Assembly (NCBI GenBank): GCA_050295515.1
Contig: JBNKPU010000043.1
Location: forward strand, 2,398-66,397
Reading direction: 5' to 3'
DNA length: 64,000 nucleotides
Source: Bacteroidales bacterium
GTDB taxonomy: Bacteria > Bacteroidota > Bacteroidia > Bacteroidales > UBA10428
Part shown: positions 43,882 to 54,418 of the stretch, piece by piece
Position numbering within the stretch: position 1 is the first letter of the stretch
Layout: every line of letters begins with the position of its first letter
The notes under the pieces: model-generated
What the model saw: the letters and a program-made list of their open reading frames with translations, nothing else
What the model was told of the DNA's origin: nothing
The model's database searches: none
Position numbers and translations under genes: made by a program

Positions 43882-44296
43882 TAAATCAAAACATGATTTA
43901 CCTGAATATGCCACTATATATAGTGCTGGTCTAGACTTAAGGGCGAATATTTCAGAGCCTATAAAATTAAAAACTCTTGAAAGAATTCTTGTTCCAACTG
44001 GCTTGTTTATTGAATTACCACATGGGTTTGAAGCTCAAGTTCGACCTAGAAGTGGTTTAGCTCTTAAGAAAGGTATTACTGTTCTTAATACTCCTGGTAC
44101 TATCGACTCGGATTATCGTGGAGAAGTTTGTGTAATTTTAATAAATTTATCTAACGAGGAGTTTATTATAAATGATGCGGAAAGAATAGCACAAATGATC
44201 ATTGCTAAACATGAGCATATTTCCTGGGATGAGGTTGAATTATTGAACGAGACAGATAGAGGAGCTGGAGGCTTTGGACATACTGGAAAAAATTAA
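43862..44296 (+). CDS. dut: dUTP diphosphatase
   Basis: Motifs [25 protein letters not shown] and [10 protein letters not shown]. Confidence 0.95.
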   Translation: MKVKIVNKSKHDLPEYATIYSAGLDLRANISEPIKLKTLERILVPTGLFIELPHGFEAQVRPRSGLALKKGITVLNTPGTIDSDYRGEVCVILINLSNEEFIINDAERIAQMIIAKHEHISWDEVELLNETDRGAGGFGHTGKN

Positions 44297-44301
44297 TTAG
44301 A

Positions 44302-45258
44302 ATGAAAGTTATTATACCAATGGCAGGACGTGGAACTAGATTACGTCCGCATACGCTTAATATTCCAAAACCATTACTTAAACTTGCAGGTAAGTCTATT
44401 ATTGAATGGATTGTTGATGAAATCAAGTTATCTACTAGCAAACCAATAGACGAGATTCATTATGTAATCGGTGATTTTGGTTCTGAAGTAGAAGATCAAC
44501 TGGTATCAATCGCACATAGTATTAATGCAGAGGGATATATTCATTATCAAAAGGAAGCATTAGGAACTGCTCATGCCATCTATTGTGCTGAAGAAGCTTT
44601 AAAAGGTGAAGTATTTATAGTATTTGCTGATACTATCTTTAAGGGGAATATTCAGATTGATAATGATGTTGATGGCATTATTTGGACTATGCTTGTCGAT
44701 GAGCCAGAGAAATATGGTGTTGTTACGAGTGATGAGAATAATATTATTACCGCATTTGTTGAAAAACCAAAAGACAATGTTTCTTCTAATGCAATTGTTG
44801 GTCTTTATTATTTCAAAGAAGCTGAACATCTTCGAAATGAAATTAAATTCCTGATAGATAATAATTTGAAGGAAAATAATGAATTTCAAATAACCAATTG
44901 TTTAGAAAGTTTAAAAAAGAAAAACTACAATCTTAAGTGTGATGAGCTTGTCGAATGGCTTGACTGTGGCAATAAAAGTGAACTTATTAATACTAATAAC
45001 CGCCTAATTGAGTTATTGGGAAAAGATTCTTTCACTGGTAGTAATGTTAATTTAATTGATTCAGTGATTACTAATAATTGTTCTATAGGTAACAATGTAG
45101 TTATTCAGAATTCAGTAATTTCTAATTGTATAGTTTATGATGGTGCAACTATTAGAGATTCTAATATTAAAAACAGTATTATTGGGGAATATTCTGTTTT
45201 AGAAAATTTTAAAGGAACTTTATTTTTAGGTGATTACTCAGAATGTTTACATGATTAG
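44302..45258 (+). CDS. Sugar-phosphate nucleotidyltransferase with C-terminal left-handed beta-helix
   Basis: MAGRGTRLRPHTLNIPKPLL signature. The C-terminus has hexapeptide-like repeats. Confidence 0.8.
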   Translation: MKVIIPMAGRGTRLRPHTLNIPKPLLKLAGKSIIEWIVDEIKLSTSKPIDEIHYVIGDFGSEVEDQLVSIAHSINAEGYIHYQKEALGTAHAIYCAEEALKGEVFIVFADTIFKGNIQIDNDVDGIIWTMLVDEPEKYGVVTSDENNIITAFVEKPKDNVSSNAIVGLYYFKEAEHLRNEIKFLIDNNLKENNEFQITNCLESLKKKNYNLKCDELVEWLDCGNKSELINTNNRLIELLGKDSFTGSNVNLIDSVITNNCSIGNNVVIQNSVISNCIVYDGATIRDSNIKNSIIGEYSVLENFKGTLFLGDYSECLHD

Positions 45259-46975
45259 AAAATTAGCATATTTTTTTACTTTTTTTATATTAATTGGTTG
45301 CTTTTCGGGAAAGAATGCAGTTAATTACGATAAAGACTATAATGGTCCTGGAGAAGAAGCAGAATACTATTTGACTTTTACAGAAGCGACAAAACATGCA
45401 TTACTTGGTGATTATAAGAATGCAGTTTCTCTTTATAATTTATGCATAAATAAATTTCCTGAACGATCTGGCTCATATTATCAATTAAGTAATATTTACT
45501 ATTCATTTAAAGACTTTGATCGAGCTAAATCTTTTGGTATAAAGGCCGTTGAACTCAATGATGATAATAAGTGGTATCTTTTACATTTAGCAAATATCTA
45601 TCAATTGGAAAATAAACTAGATAGTGTTATTTATTTGTATGAGAAAGTAGTTGCTATCGATGATAATCCTGAATATAAATATAATTTATCAGTTTTTTAC
45701 TCACATAATGGTGATGTAAAGCGTTCCATGGCTCTTGTGAATGAGTTAGAAAAAGTAATTCCGGATGCAAGTGAAATACTGCGGCTAAAGCATATGAATT
45801 ACAGCAAGCTTAATATGCAGGATAGTGCTATTGTACAGCTCGAGAAATTAATCCTGCTATTTCCTAATGATATTGATAATTATGGATTACTTGCTGAATA
45901 TCTTAGTGAAATTGATCGGTACAATTATGCTAGTAAGATTTATAGAGAGTTACTAACATTTGAACCAAATAATGGTTTGGCTAACTTTAGTTATGGTGAT
46001 TTTTTTCTGAAGCAAGGTAAAAAAGATAGTGCCTTAGTATATTATAAGAGAGGATTTATAGCTCCTGAAATCGCTATTGAAAATAAAATCAGTTTAATAT
46101 TCAATTTTCTTTATGACCCTATCTCTCTGCAACAGGATTCCGTTTTTGTTTCAGACTTGCTTTCTATCTTAAAGGAAGAATATCCCAAAGACGATCGTCC
46201 TTATACCCTTTCTGCTGAGTATAATATTAAACGACAAAAGTATAATTCAGCTTTAGATGATTTGGAGCACGCAATTGATTTAAATATTGATTCTTATATT
46301 ATTTGGGAACAATATATTATGATTGGAAGCTTATCTGGTAATTATGAGCGCGTGGATAATGTATTTAGAGATGCTATTGATAAATTTCCTAAGGCAATTA
46401 ATTTATATGTATATTCTGGTTTCTCTCTATATGAACTTAAGAAATATAATACTCTTATAGAATTATGTGATACCGCCTTATCATTAGACAGTATTAAGAT
46501 AGAGAGTAAAGTACAATTGATTAATTTGAAAGCTGATGCATACAGGCAGCTTAAGGATTACAGTATTAGTGATAGCTTATATGAAGAGATTCTAGCTATA
46601 GATAAGCAAAACATGGTTATTCGTAATAATTATGCTTATTACTTGTCTATTCGAATGGAAAAACTCGAATATGCTGAGGAGTTAAGCAAGACAACCATTG
46701 AAAAAGACCCTGACAATCCTACTTATCTTGATACTTATGCTTGGATTATTTTTAATCAGGGAGATTCTAAAGAAGCGCTTAAATATATTGAAAAGGCCTT
46801 AAAGAATGGTGCTAATAAAAATTCTGAAGTTTTAGATCATTATGCACTAATATTGTACAGCCTAGGTAAATGTTCAGACTCTATTGAAGCATGGAAGTAT
46901 GCGATTAAGTATGATCCATCTACTAAAGAGCAAAACGAAATTAAAATTGCTAATGCTCAGAAAAATTGTAAATAA
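45230..46975 (+). CDS. TPR-repeat lipoprotein
   Basis: Lipobox LIGC and multiple TPR-like repeats. The likely start is ATG 45251, which overlaps the upstream stop codon. Confidence 0.75.
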   Translation: MITQNVYMIRKLAYFFTFFILIGCFSGKNAVNYDKDYNGPGEEAEYYLTFTEATKHALLGDYKNAVSLYNLCINKFPERSGSYYQLSNIYYSFKDFDRAKSFGIKAVELNDDNKWYLLHLANIYQLENKLDSVIYLYEKVVAIDDNPEYKYNLSVFYSHNGDVKRSMALVNELEKVIPDASEILRLKHMNYSKLNMQDSAIVQLEKLILLFPNDIDNYGLLAEYLSEIDRYNYASKIYRELLTFEPNNGLANFSYGDFFLKQGKKDSALVYYKRGFIAPEIAIENKISLIFNFLYDPISLQQDSVFVSDLLSILKEEYPKDDRPYTLSAEYNIKRQKYNSALDDLEHAIDLNIDSYIIWEQYIMIGSLSGNYERVDNVFRDAIDKFPKAINLYVYSGFSLYELKKYNTLIELCDTALSLDSIKIESKVQLINLKADAYRQLKDYSISDSLYEEILAIDKQNMVIRNNYAYYLSIRMEKLEYAEELSKTTIEKDPDNPTYLDTYAWIIFNQGDSKEALKYIEKALKNGANKNSEVLDHYALILYSLGKCSDSIEAWKYAIKYDPSTKEQNEIKIANAQKNCK

Positions 46976-48152
46976 GGTTTTCTTTATTTTAGTTCTGGTT
47001 TCAGTTGGCAGTATCTATTTTTATCTTTTTTCACAGGATAAGAAAGATGATCTCTTTGAGAAGAAAAAAATTGTTCAACAAGAAATTGAATATACAAATA
47101 AGCTATTGAAAGCTACCACTAAGAAAAGAGGTAAAACAGTACAGAATATTCGATTAATTGAACAAAAAATCAAAAAGAGACAGAAGTTAATTTCTCTATA
47201 TCAACGAGAAATTATCGAGATCAATTCCACTATAGATCTCAAAGAGAAACGAATTGACGCTTTAAGTGCCGAACTTGACAAACAAAAGAAATATTATGCA
47301 GATTTTATTTATTATGCATATAAAAATAAATCTGATTATACTGTAGCAGTTTATTTATTGGCTAGTAATACTTTGAATCAATTTTATATGAGGAAAAAGT
47401 ATATGGACCAATTGAAAGAAGCACGATCTGAGAAAATCAATTTAATAAAGGTCTTAAAAAGAGAAATTGATAAGGAAATTAATACTCTATTAAAAGAGAA
47501 AAGTTCTAAGGAAAGTACTGTTAAAACCCTCAAGGAAGAAAGGATTCTTTTATCTCATGAAAGAGCTAGTCGGGAAAGTCATGTTAAGGAATTGATTAAT
47601 GATGAGAACCTTCTTAAGAAACAAATTAGAGATAAGAAGAGGATTGCCGCTGAGATTGCCTCTAAGATTGAAGAGTTAATTAGAGAAGAGGCTAAAAAGG
47701 ATAAGTATTCAAAACTTACCCCTGAGCAGCTATTGATATCAGATAATTTTGAAAGAAATAAAGGTAGGCTACCTTGGCCCACACGTCAAGGTGTTATTAC
47801 TGAAGGTTTTGGAAAACATATGCATCCTGTTATTCCTGGTGTTCAAACATTCAATAGTGGTATTGATATCACTACTGCGAAAGATGAGTATGTACGTTCT
47901 ATTTTTTCAGGGACCGTTAGCAGGATTTTTTCCGTTAAGAATTCTAACTACTCGATTATAATACGACATGGTTCTTATTACTCAGTATACAATAACTTAG
48001 TAAATATAAAGGTTAAAGTAGGCGATAATGTTAAAACTAAAGATATAATCGGTTCAGTGGCTTATAATTCTATTGATGATTGTTATTCCTTAGAACTTCT
48101 TATTTATAAAGGATATGATAAGTTAAATCCTGAACAGTGGCTTAGTCATTAA
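46884..48152 (+). CDS. M23-family peptidase / murein hydrolase activator (EnvC-like)
   Basis: N-terminal anchor, a long coiled coil, and a C-terminal LytM domain (GIDITT...IIRHGSYYSVYNNL). The likely start is later, at about 46953. Confidence 0.85.
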   Translation: MKHGSMRLSMIHLLKSKTKLKLLMLRKIVNKVFFILVLVSVGSIYFYLFSQDKKDDLFEKKKIVQQEIEYTNKLLKATTKKRGKTVQNIRLIEQKIKKRQKLISLYQREIIEINSTIDLKEKRIDALSAELDKQKKYYADFIYYAYKNKSDYTVAVYLLASNTLNQFYMRKKYMDQLKEARSEKINLIKVLKREIDKEINTLLKEKSSKESTVKTLKEERILLSHERASRESHVKELINDENLLKKQIRDKKRIAAEIASKIEELIREEAKKDKYSKLTPEQLLISDNFERNKGRLPWPTRQGVITEGFGKHMHPVIPGVQTFNSGIDITTAKDEYVRSIFSGTVSRIFSVKNSNYSIIIRHGSYYSVYNNLVNIKVKVGDNVKTKDIIGSVAYNSIDDCYSLELLIYKGYDKLNPEQWLSH

Positions 48153-48274
48153 TCACTGATTAAGGCCTTTTAACTGAAAAATTTATATCATTTGTAGAAA
48201 TAATCGTAAATTGTAGATCAATTATAAAACCTATTTATAGTTTTATAGTATAATAGTGCAGAAAAATATTCTTA

Positions 48275-48673
48275 ATGGAACGTACAATAAGCATACCTTC
48301 GAAAATAGATAATCTCCGAAAAATCGAAAAAGTAATAGATGAAATCTCTGCTGAATCTAAAATAGGAGAGGATCAATACGGTAATATTTTAATAGCGGCA
48401 TTAGAGGCTGCTAATAATGCTATACTGCATGGTAATAAACTTGATGAAAAGAAAAATGTTGAAATCACTTTTAGCATCAATAACAATATATTAAAAATAA
48501 AAGTTAAGGATCAAGGAAATGGTTTCGATTATCAGGATATTCCTGATCCTACTGCACCTGAAAATATTGAAAATGTAAATGGACGTGGCATTTTTTTAAT
48601 GGAAAAATTGTCTGACAAAATATTATTTAGTGAAGAAGGTGCTGTTGTCGAACTAGAATTTAATCTTAAATAA
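48275..48673 (+). CDS. HATPase_c_2 anti-sigma-factor-like serine kinase (RsbW/SpoIIAB-like)
   Basis: N box EAANNAILHGN and G boxes DQGNGF, GRGIFLM. Confidence 0.7.
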   Translation: MERTISIPSKIDNLRKIEKVIDEISAESKIGEDQYGNILIAALEAANNAILHGNKLDEKKNVEITFSINNNILKIKVKDQGNGFDYQDIPDPTAPENIENVNGRGIFLMEKLSDKILFSEEGAVVELEFNLK

Positions 48674-48676
48674 TTT

Positions 48677-49099
48677 GTGAATATAGAATTTATTTATCAG
48701 GATCAGATATTAATTGATTTTGATGAGGAAAAAATTTGCAATTGGATTATTTCATGTTTAAAAGAGGAAAATAAAAAGTTATCTGAAATTATTTATGAGT
48801 TTGTATCTGAAGAACAAATTTTAAAAATTAATCAGGATTTTCTAAATCATGATTATTATACAGATATTATTACCTTCGATGAGTCTTTAGTTAACATAAT
48901 TAAAGGCTATATTTTTGTCTCTCCAGAAACGGTTCGAACAAATGCCTTAAATAGAAATGTTTCCTATGAAAAAGAGTTGTATCGTGTTATTATTCACGGA
49001 GTTATGCATTTGTGTGGGTATAAAGATAAGACAGAAAATGAAAAATCAGTCATGCGACTAAAAGAAAATACATATTTAGATTATTTAGAAAAATTATAA
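48677..49099 (+). CDS. ybeY: rRNA maturation endoribonuclease YbeY
   Basis: HGVMHLCGYKD zinc motif. GTG start. Confidence 0.9.
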   Translation: MNIEFIYQDQILIDFDEEKICNWIISCLKEENKKLSEIIYEFVSEEQILKINQDFLNHDYYTDIITFDESLVNIIKGYIFVSPETVRTNALNRNVSYEKELYRVIIHGVMHLCGYKDKTENEKSVMRLKENTYLDYLEKL

Positions 49100-49100
49100 A

Positions 49101-49108
49101 TAATTTTG
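49101..49108 (+). promoter_or_regulatory. Candidate -7 box TAATTTTG for mnmG
   Basis: Matches TAnnTTTG, 14 nt upstream of ATG 49122. Confidence 0.4.
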
Positions 49109-49121
49109 CAATAAAAATTTA

Positions 49122-50990
49122 ATGCAATTAGAGTACGATATAATTGTTGTCGGAGCTGGACATGCTGGATCAGAAGCAGCTCATTCTGCTGCTAAGTTAG
49201 GAAAGAAAGTTTTGCTCATTACATTGGACATGACTAAGATTGGACAAATGTCTTGTAATCCTGCTATAGGTGGTGTAGCAAAAGGTCAAATTGTTCGAGA
49301 GATCGATGCACTTGGAGGAATGACTGGGCTTATTACTGATAAGACTATGATTCAGTTTAGAATGCTGAATAGGAGTAAGGGACCTGCTATGTGGAGTCCA
49401 AGAGCACAATCCGATCGAACTTTGTTTGCATTAGAATGGAGGCATGTTCTTGAAAACTCTATTAACGTTGATTTTTGGCAAGATGCTGTCAATTGCCTTA
49501 TTGTTGAAAATGGTTCAGTAAAAGGTGTCAAAACCAAAATGGGTGTTTCTTTTTTCTCTAAAAAAGTAATTCTAACGACTGGTACTTTTGAAAATGGTTT
49601 AATCCATATTGGTGAAACTAAACTTGGTGGTGGAAGAATTTCTGAGCCAAAAAGTGTAGGTCTCTCTTCTCAATTAAAAGAGTTTGGTTTTGACGTAGGA
49701 AGAATGAAAACTGGAACTCCTGCTCGTATTGATGGAAGATCTGTAGATTTTTCTAAAATGATTGAACAGAAGGGGGATGAAGAAGGAGGCAATTTTTCAT
49801 TTTTAAATTCTAAAATTAAAACGAATTATTCTTGTTACATTACTCATACTAATCAATCTGTACATGATATCTTAGAGGAGGGTTTTTCAAAGAGCCCATT
49901 ATTTTCAGGAACCATAAATGGAATAGGTCCACGATATTGTCCTAGCATTGAAGATAAAATTGTAACATTTTCTTCAAGAGATTCACATCAACTCTTTTTA
50001 GAGCCTGAGGGCAAATCTACCCATGAAATGTATTTAAATGGTTTTTCTTCAAGTTTACCATTAGAAGTGCAATTTAAAGCTCTTCAGAAAATATCAGGAT
50101 TAGAAAATGTAAGAATTTTTCGTCCTGGTTACGCTATTGAATATGATTTTTATCCCCCAACTCAATTAAAACATTCATTAGAGACAAAGAATATTTCTGG
50201 TTTATATTTTGCAGGGCAAATTAATGGAACTACTGGATATGAAGAAGCAGCTGGACAAGGATTGATAGCTGGTATAAATGCTTCTCTATCTATCGATCAA
50301 AAGGAGCCATTTGTTCTCTCACGAGATGAAGCATACATCGGTGTTTTAATTGACGATTTAGTTACGAAGGGTGTTGATGAACCTTATAGAATGTTTACTT
50401 CGCGGGCCGAATATCGTATTTTATTACGTCAGGATAATGCGGATGAAAGGTTAACTCCTAAAGGTTATGATCTAGGTTTAGCCGACAAAGATAGAATAGA
50501 AACTCTTAACAAAAAGATTATTGACATGAATAATCTTATTGATAAAGTTGAAAATTATAGCATAGCACCTGAAGCAATTAACGATTTTTTAGCGGACAAT
50601 AATACCAGTCCTATTAAGCAAAAAGTTAAACTTATCGATATTGCTAGAAGACCTCAAATTACTTTTATTGAATTGTTGCAAAAAGTTTTTAATGATGATA
50701 ATGATTCTAATGTTTTAAATGGCTATGATAATTATATTGCTGAGATTGCTGAGATTTCAATTAAATATAGCGGGTATATCGGTAGAGAAAAAAACATTGC
50801 TGATAAATTAAAAAGACTTGAAAACATTTCTATTCCTAAAAGTATTGATTATTTCGAATTAAAATCTTTATCTACTGAAGCTAGACAAAAACTATCTAAA
50901 GTTAAACCTGAAACTCTTGGACAGGCTTCAAGAATTTCCGGTGTTTCTCCAGCTGATATAAGTGTATTATTGGTATTTTTAGGTAGATAA
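49122..50990 (+). CDS. mnmG: tRNA uridine 5-carboxymethylaminomethyl modification enzyme MnmG
   Basis: FAD motif VVGAGHAGSEAA and full-length GidA-like sequence. Confidence 0.97.
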   Translation: MQLEYDIIVVGAGHAGSEAAHSAAKLGKKVLLITLDMTKIGQMSCNPAIGGVAKGQIVREIDALGGMTGLITDKTMIQFRMLNRSKGPAMWSPRAQSDRTLFALEWRHVLENSINVDFWQDAVNCLIVENGSVKGVKTKMGVSFFSKKVILTTGTFENGLIHIGETKLGGGRISEPKSVGLSSQLKEFGFDVGRMKTGTPARIDGRSVDFSKMIEQKGDEEGGNFSFLNSKIKTNYSCYITHTNQSVHDILEEGFSKSPLFSGTINGIGPRYCPSIEDKIVTFSSRDSHQLFLEPEGKSTHEMYLNGFSSSLPLEVQFKALQKISGLENVRIFRPGYAIEYDFYPPTQLKHSLETKNISGLYFAGQINGTTGYEEAAGQGLIAGINASLSIDQKEPFVLSRDEAYIGVLIDDLVTKGVDEPYRMFTSRAEYRILLRQDNADERLTPKGYDLGLADKDRIETLNKKIIDMNNLIDKVENYSIAPEAINDFLADNNTSPIKQKVKLIDIARRPQITFIELLQKVFNDDNDSNVLNGYDNYIAEIAEISIKYSGYIGREKNIADKLKRLENISIPKSIDYFELKSLSTEARQKLSKVKPETLGQASRISGVSPADISVLLVFLGR

Positions 50991-51034
50991 ACTGCAATTG
51001 TTCCACGTGGAACCAAATTTTGCTTTAACTGAGT

Positions 51035-52825
51035 ATGAAACTAAAGCAGACAATCAACAATTTACCCCAATTGCCTGGTGTTTATCAATTTTTTGATTCT
51101 AAAGGCACGATTTTGTATGTCGGAAAAGCAAAAAATTTAAAGAGTAGGGTTTCTTCTTATTTTACCAAAGGCAAATATGAATCCTTTAAGACAAAAAAAT
51201 TAGCATCGCAGGTACTAGACATTAAACATATTGTTGTAGAAGCTGAAGCTGATGCCTTGCTTTTAGAGAACAACCTAATTAAACAATATCAGCCAAAGTA
51301 CAATGTTCTATTAAAAGACGACAAAACCTTTCCTTGGATTTGTATTAAGAATGAAAACTTTCCCCGTATTTTTTCTACAAGAAACAGAACCAAGGATGGT
51401 TCCGAATACTTTGGTCCCTATACTTCAGCTTTAATGGTTAAAACTTTGCTCAATTTAGTTCGGCAACTTTACCAAATTAGAACATGTTCTTTTTCATTAA
51501 CCTCAAAAAACATACAAGAAGAAAAATTTAAGCCCTGTTTAGAATATCACATTGGTAATTGTTTGGCTCCTTGCATTGGTTTACAAAATGAGGAAGATTA
51601 CATAAGGTCAATAGATATCATTAAAGAAATTTTACGAGGAAATCTAAAGGATGTTCAAGAGTACTTGTATAATCTTATGATAGATTTTGCTTCTAAGCAA
51701 CAATTTGAAGAAGCCGAAAAACTAAAGAATCGTTATGATTTACTCAGCAGATATCGAAGCAAATCTACAATAGTAAATCCAAAACTAAGCAATCTTGATG
51801 TGTTTAGTTTTATTCAGGAAAGTAATATTGCTTATGTAAATTATTTAAGAATTATTGATGGAGCAATTGTTCAATCACATACTGTTGAGTTAACAGCTAA
51901 ATTGGAAGAGACAAAAGAGGAACTTTTATTATATGCAATTTTTGATATTAGACAAAAAGTCTTTAGTGATTCAAAAGAAATCTTGATCCCTTTTCAGATT
52001 CAAGCTGTAGAGAGTTTTAACTTTTCTATTCCTAAAATTGGCGATAAAAAGAAATTGTTGGAATTGTCAGAAAGAAATGCCAGACAATATGCGCACCAGA
52101 AACTGATTCAAAAAAGTGAGATTTCGCAAAAATACAGCAAAAGCAATTTCTTAGATATTGTAAAAACTGATCTAAGGTTACAAACTCTGCCAACACATAT
52201 AGAATGTTTTGATAATAGTAATATTCAGGGAACAAATCCTGTGGCAGCTTGTGTGGTTTTTAAAGATGGAAAACCTAGCAAAAAAGACTATAGACATTTC
52301 CATATTAAAACTGTTGTAGGTGCTAATGATTTTGCTAGTATGGAGGAAGTAATCACCAGGCGCTACAAAAGACTTATTGACGAAAATGCCGATTTGCCCC
52401 AACTAATAATCATCGATGGGGGCAAGGGTCAACTTGGGGCAGCCGTAAAAAGTCTGAAAGCCTTAGGAGTTTATGATAAAATTGCAGTATTAGGTATTGC
52501 TAAAAGGCTAGAAGAATTATTTTTTCCAGGTGATTCTGTTCCTTTATATCTGGACAAAAACTCCCGTACATTAAAACTTATTCAACATTTAAGAAACGAA
52601 GCCCATAGGTTTGGAATTACTTTTCACCGGAATTTAAGATCAAAGTCTATGCTGAAGAATCAGCTCGAGGATGTGGCAGGAATAGGTCCTAAAACTATAG
52701 AAAAATTAATTCGGCATTTTGGTACTACAGAAGAGATTAAAAACAAAAGCTTGGATGAGCTTAGCGCTGTACTTACTAGAAAACAAGCTGAAAATATCAT
52801 TGAATTTTTTAATAAAAAGCCATAA
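51035..52825 (+). CDS. uvrC: Excinuclease ABC subunit C
   Basis: GIY-YIG N-terminus (GVYQFFD...ILYVGKAKNLKSRV), a UVR domain, an Endo-V-like domain and a C-terminal HhH. Confidence 0.97.
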   Translation: MKLKQTINNLPQLPGVYQFFDSKGTILYVGKAKNLKSRVSSYFTKGKYESFKTKKLASQVLDIKHIVVEAEADALLLENNLIKQYQPKYNVLLKDDKTFPWICIKNENFPRIFSTRNRTKDGSEYFGPYTSALMVKTLLNLVRQLYQIRTCSFSLTSKNIQEEKFKPCLEYHIGNCLAPCIGLQNEEDYIRSIDIIKEILRGNLKDVQEYLYNLMIDFASKQQFEEAEKLKNRYDLLSRYRSKSTIVNPKLSNLDVFSFIQESNIAYVNYLRIIDGAIVQSHTVELTAKLEETKEELLLYAIFDIRQKVFSDSKEILIPFQIQAVESFNFSIPKIGDKKKLLELSERNARQYAHQKLIQKSEISQKYSKSNFLDIVKTDLRLQTLPTHIECFDNSNIQGTNPVAACVVFKDGKPSKKDYRHFHIKTVVGANDFASMEEVITRRYKRLIDENADLPQLIIIDGGKGQLGAAVKSLKALGVYDKIAVLGIAKRLEELFFPGDSVPLYLDKNSRTLKLIQHLRNEAHRFGITFHRNLRSKSMLKNQLEDVAGIGPKTIEKLIRHFGTTEEIKNKSLDELSAVLTRKQAENIIEFFNKKP

Positions 52826-53803
52826 TTATTTTTTCCTTTCGACAATGTAATTCACAAGTTTTTCTAAGGATTTTCTCGATTCATTATCTTCAAATTGATG
52901 CAGTACTTCCAATGATTTATCCTTGTACTCCATCATTTTATTTCTGGTATATTTGACCCCATTATGTTTATGTACAAATTCAATTACCCTTTGGTAAGTA
53001 TCTCTATTTGATGACTTTTTGTTGATTAGTTTTAATATTTCTTTTTGCTCTTTTTTCTCGGCATTGTATAAAGAGTAAATTAATGGTAAAGTCAATTTTT
53101 TTTCTTGAATATCATTACCTGCAGGTTTTCCTGTAAATGAATTCTTTTCATAATCGAATAAATCATCTTTGATCTGGAAAGCTATACCAATGTATCTGCC
53201 AAAGAGTTTCATTTTCTCAATTGTATCCTTATCGGAGGTAACCGATCGAGCTCCACTACCAGTACAAGCAGCCAACAAGGTTGCCGTTTTTTTCTCGATT
53301 ATTGAAAAATATTCTTCTTCTGTAATATTAAGTTTTCTTGTTTTTTGAATTTGTAAAAGTTCTCCTTTAATCATGCCCTGAACAGAATCATTTGTAATCT
53401 CCATGATATCAAATTCCTTATTTTCTACAGCAATCTGAAGACTTTTTGACAGCATATAGTCACCTAGAAGAACAGCAATTTTTGATTTCCAAAGTGCATT
53501 AATCGATAAAAAGCCTCTTCTTTCGTGTGCATCGTCAATTACATCATCATGGATCAACGTTGCGGTATGTACAATTTCCATAAGGGTTGCAGCAACATAT
53601 GTTGACTTATTTACTTCACCTATTAGTTTTGCTGACAGAAAAACTAATATTGGACGAATTTGCTTTCCTTTTCTTTTAAGCACATATTTAGTAACAACAT
53701 TCAACAAAGGAATGTCACTCTTCATCGATCGGTTAAATTCCTCATTAAATAGTTTCAGTTCGGCACTTATTACTTCTTTGATTTCTTTAGTTGTATTACT
53801 CAT
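52826..53803 (-). CDS. Polyprenyl diphosphate synthase (IspB-like)
   Basis: First and second Asp-rich motifs (LIHDDVIDDAHERRG and KDDLFDY). Confidence 0.9.
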   Translation of the reverse strand: MSNTTKEIKEVISAELKLFNEEFNRSMKSDIPLLNVVTKYVLKRKGKQIRPILVFLSAKLIGEVNKSTYVAATLMEIVHTATLIHDDVIDDAHERRGFLSINALWKSKIAVLLGDYMLSKSLQIAVENKEFDIMEITNDSVQGMIKGELLQIQKTRKLNITEEEYFSIIEKKTATLLAACTGSGARSVTSDKDTIEKMKLFGRYIGIAFQIKDDLFDYEKNSFTGKPAGNDIQEKKLTLPLIYSLYNAEKKEQKEILKLINKKSSNRDTYQRVIEFVHKHNGVKYTRNKMMEYKDKSLEVLHQFEDNESRKSLEKLVNYIVERKK

Positions 53804-53948
53804 CTGCTCTGATTGAAGGCCTAAAGTTATTTTAATAATTACTAATATCCATGTTATTTATCAACCTCTTTGTTCTCCTTCATTCAAATATTCAAATTAT
53901 CTAGAGGGATGTGTTTAAGTGTATACCAATACATATTAAAAATATTTA

Positions 53949-53956
53949 TATATTTG
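53949..53956 (+). promoter_or_regulatory. Candidate -7 box TATATTTG for the ArsR-family gene
   Basis: Matches TAnnTTTG, 19 nt upstream of ATG 53975. Confidence 0.4.
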
Positions 53957-53974
53957 CATAAATGAATTATTATA

Positions 53975-54274
53975 ATGGTTATTACTGAATTTACAGCAGA
54001 GCAGCTTGAAAAGGCTGCAAGTATGTTAAAAGCTATCGCACATCCAATGCGTATAGCTATTTTAAATAAACTTGAAAATGGTAAACGGCTAACTGTTACA
54101 CAAATACATGAGGCGCTTGCTATTGAGCAATCTACTGCCTCGCACCATCTTGGAATTCTAAGAGACAAGAATGTTTTGGTTGCTAAAAGGGAAGGTAAAA
54201 ACACATACTATAGCATAAAGCATGAGAGGCTCAACACCTTGATTGAGTGTATAAGTACATGCGCATGTGAATAA
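53975..54274 (+). CDS. ArsR/SmtB-family transcriptional regulator
   Basis: Winged-HTH pattern LKAIAHPMRIAILNKL...TVTQIHEAL...STASHHLGILR, with C-terminal Cys residues (CISTCAC). Confidence 0.85.
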   Translation: MVITEFTAEQLEKAASMLKAIAHPMRIAILNKLENGKRLTVTQIHEALAIEQSTASHHLGILRDKNVLVAKREGKNTYYSIKHERLNTLIECISTCACE

Positions 54275-54294
54275 TGTTTTCACTAAAATAATTT

Positions 54295-54331
54295 AAGCCG
54301 GATTGCATTAAACTGTAGTCCGGCTTTTTTA
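54295..54331 (+). terminator. Rho-independent terminator
   Basis: Stem aagccgga / tccggctt followed by a T run. Confidence 0.7.
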
Positions 54332-54379
54332 TTTAATTTTCATACATAAATAGTTTTATATCAGATACGGAATTAAGCT

Positions 54380-54387
54380 TATCTTTG
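54380..54387 (+). promoter_or_regulatory. Candidate -7 box TATCTTTG for polA
   Basis: Matches TAnnTTTG, 32 nt upstream of ATG 54419. Confidence 0.4.
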
Positions 54388-54418
54388 GTTTCGCTAAATT
54401 TAAAATTGAAGGATTACT

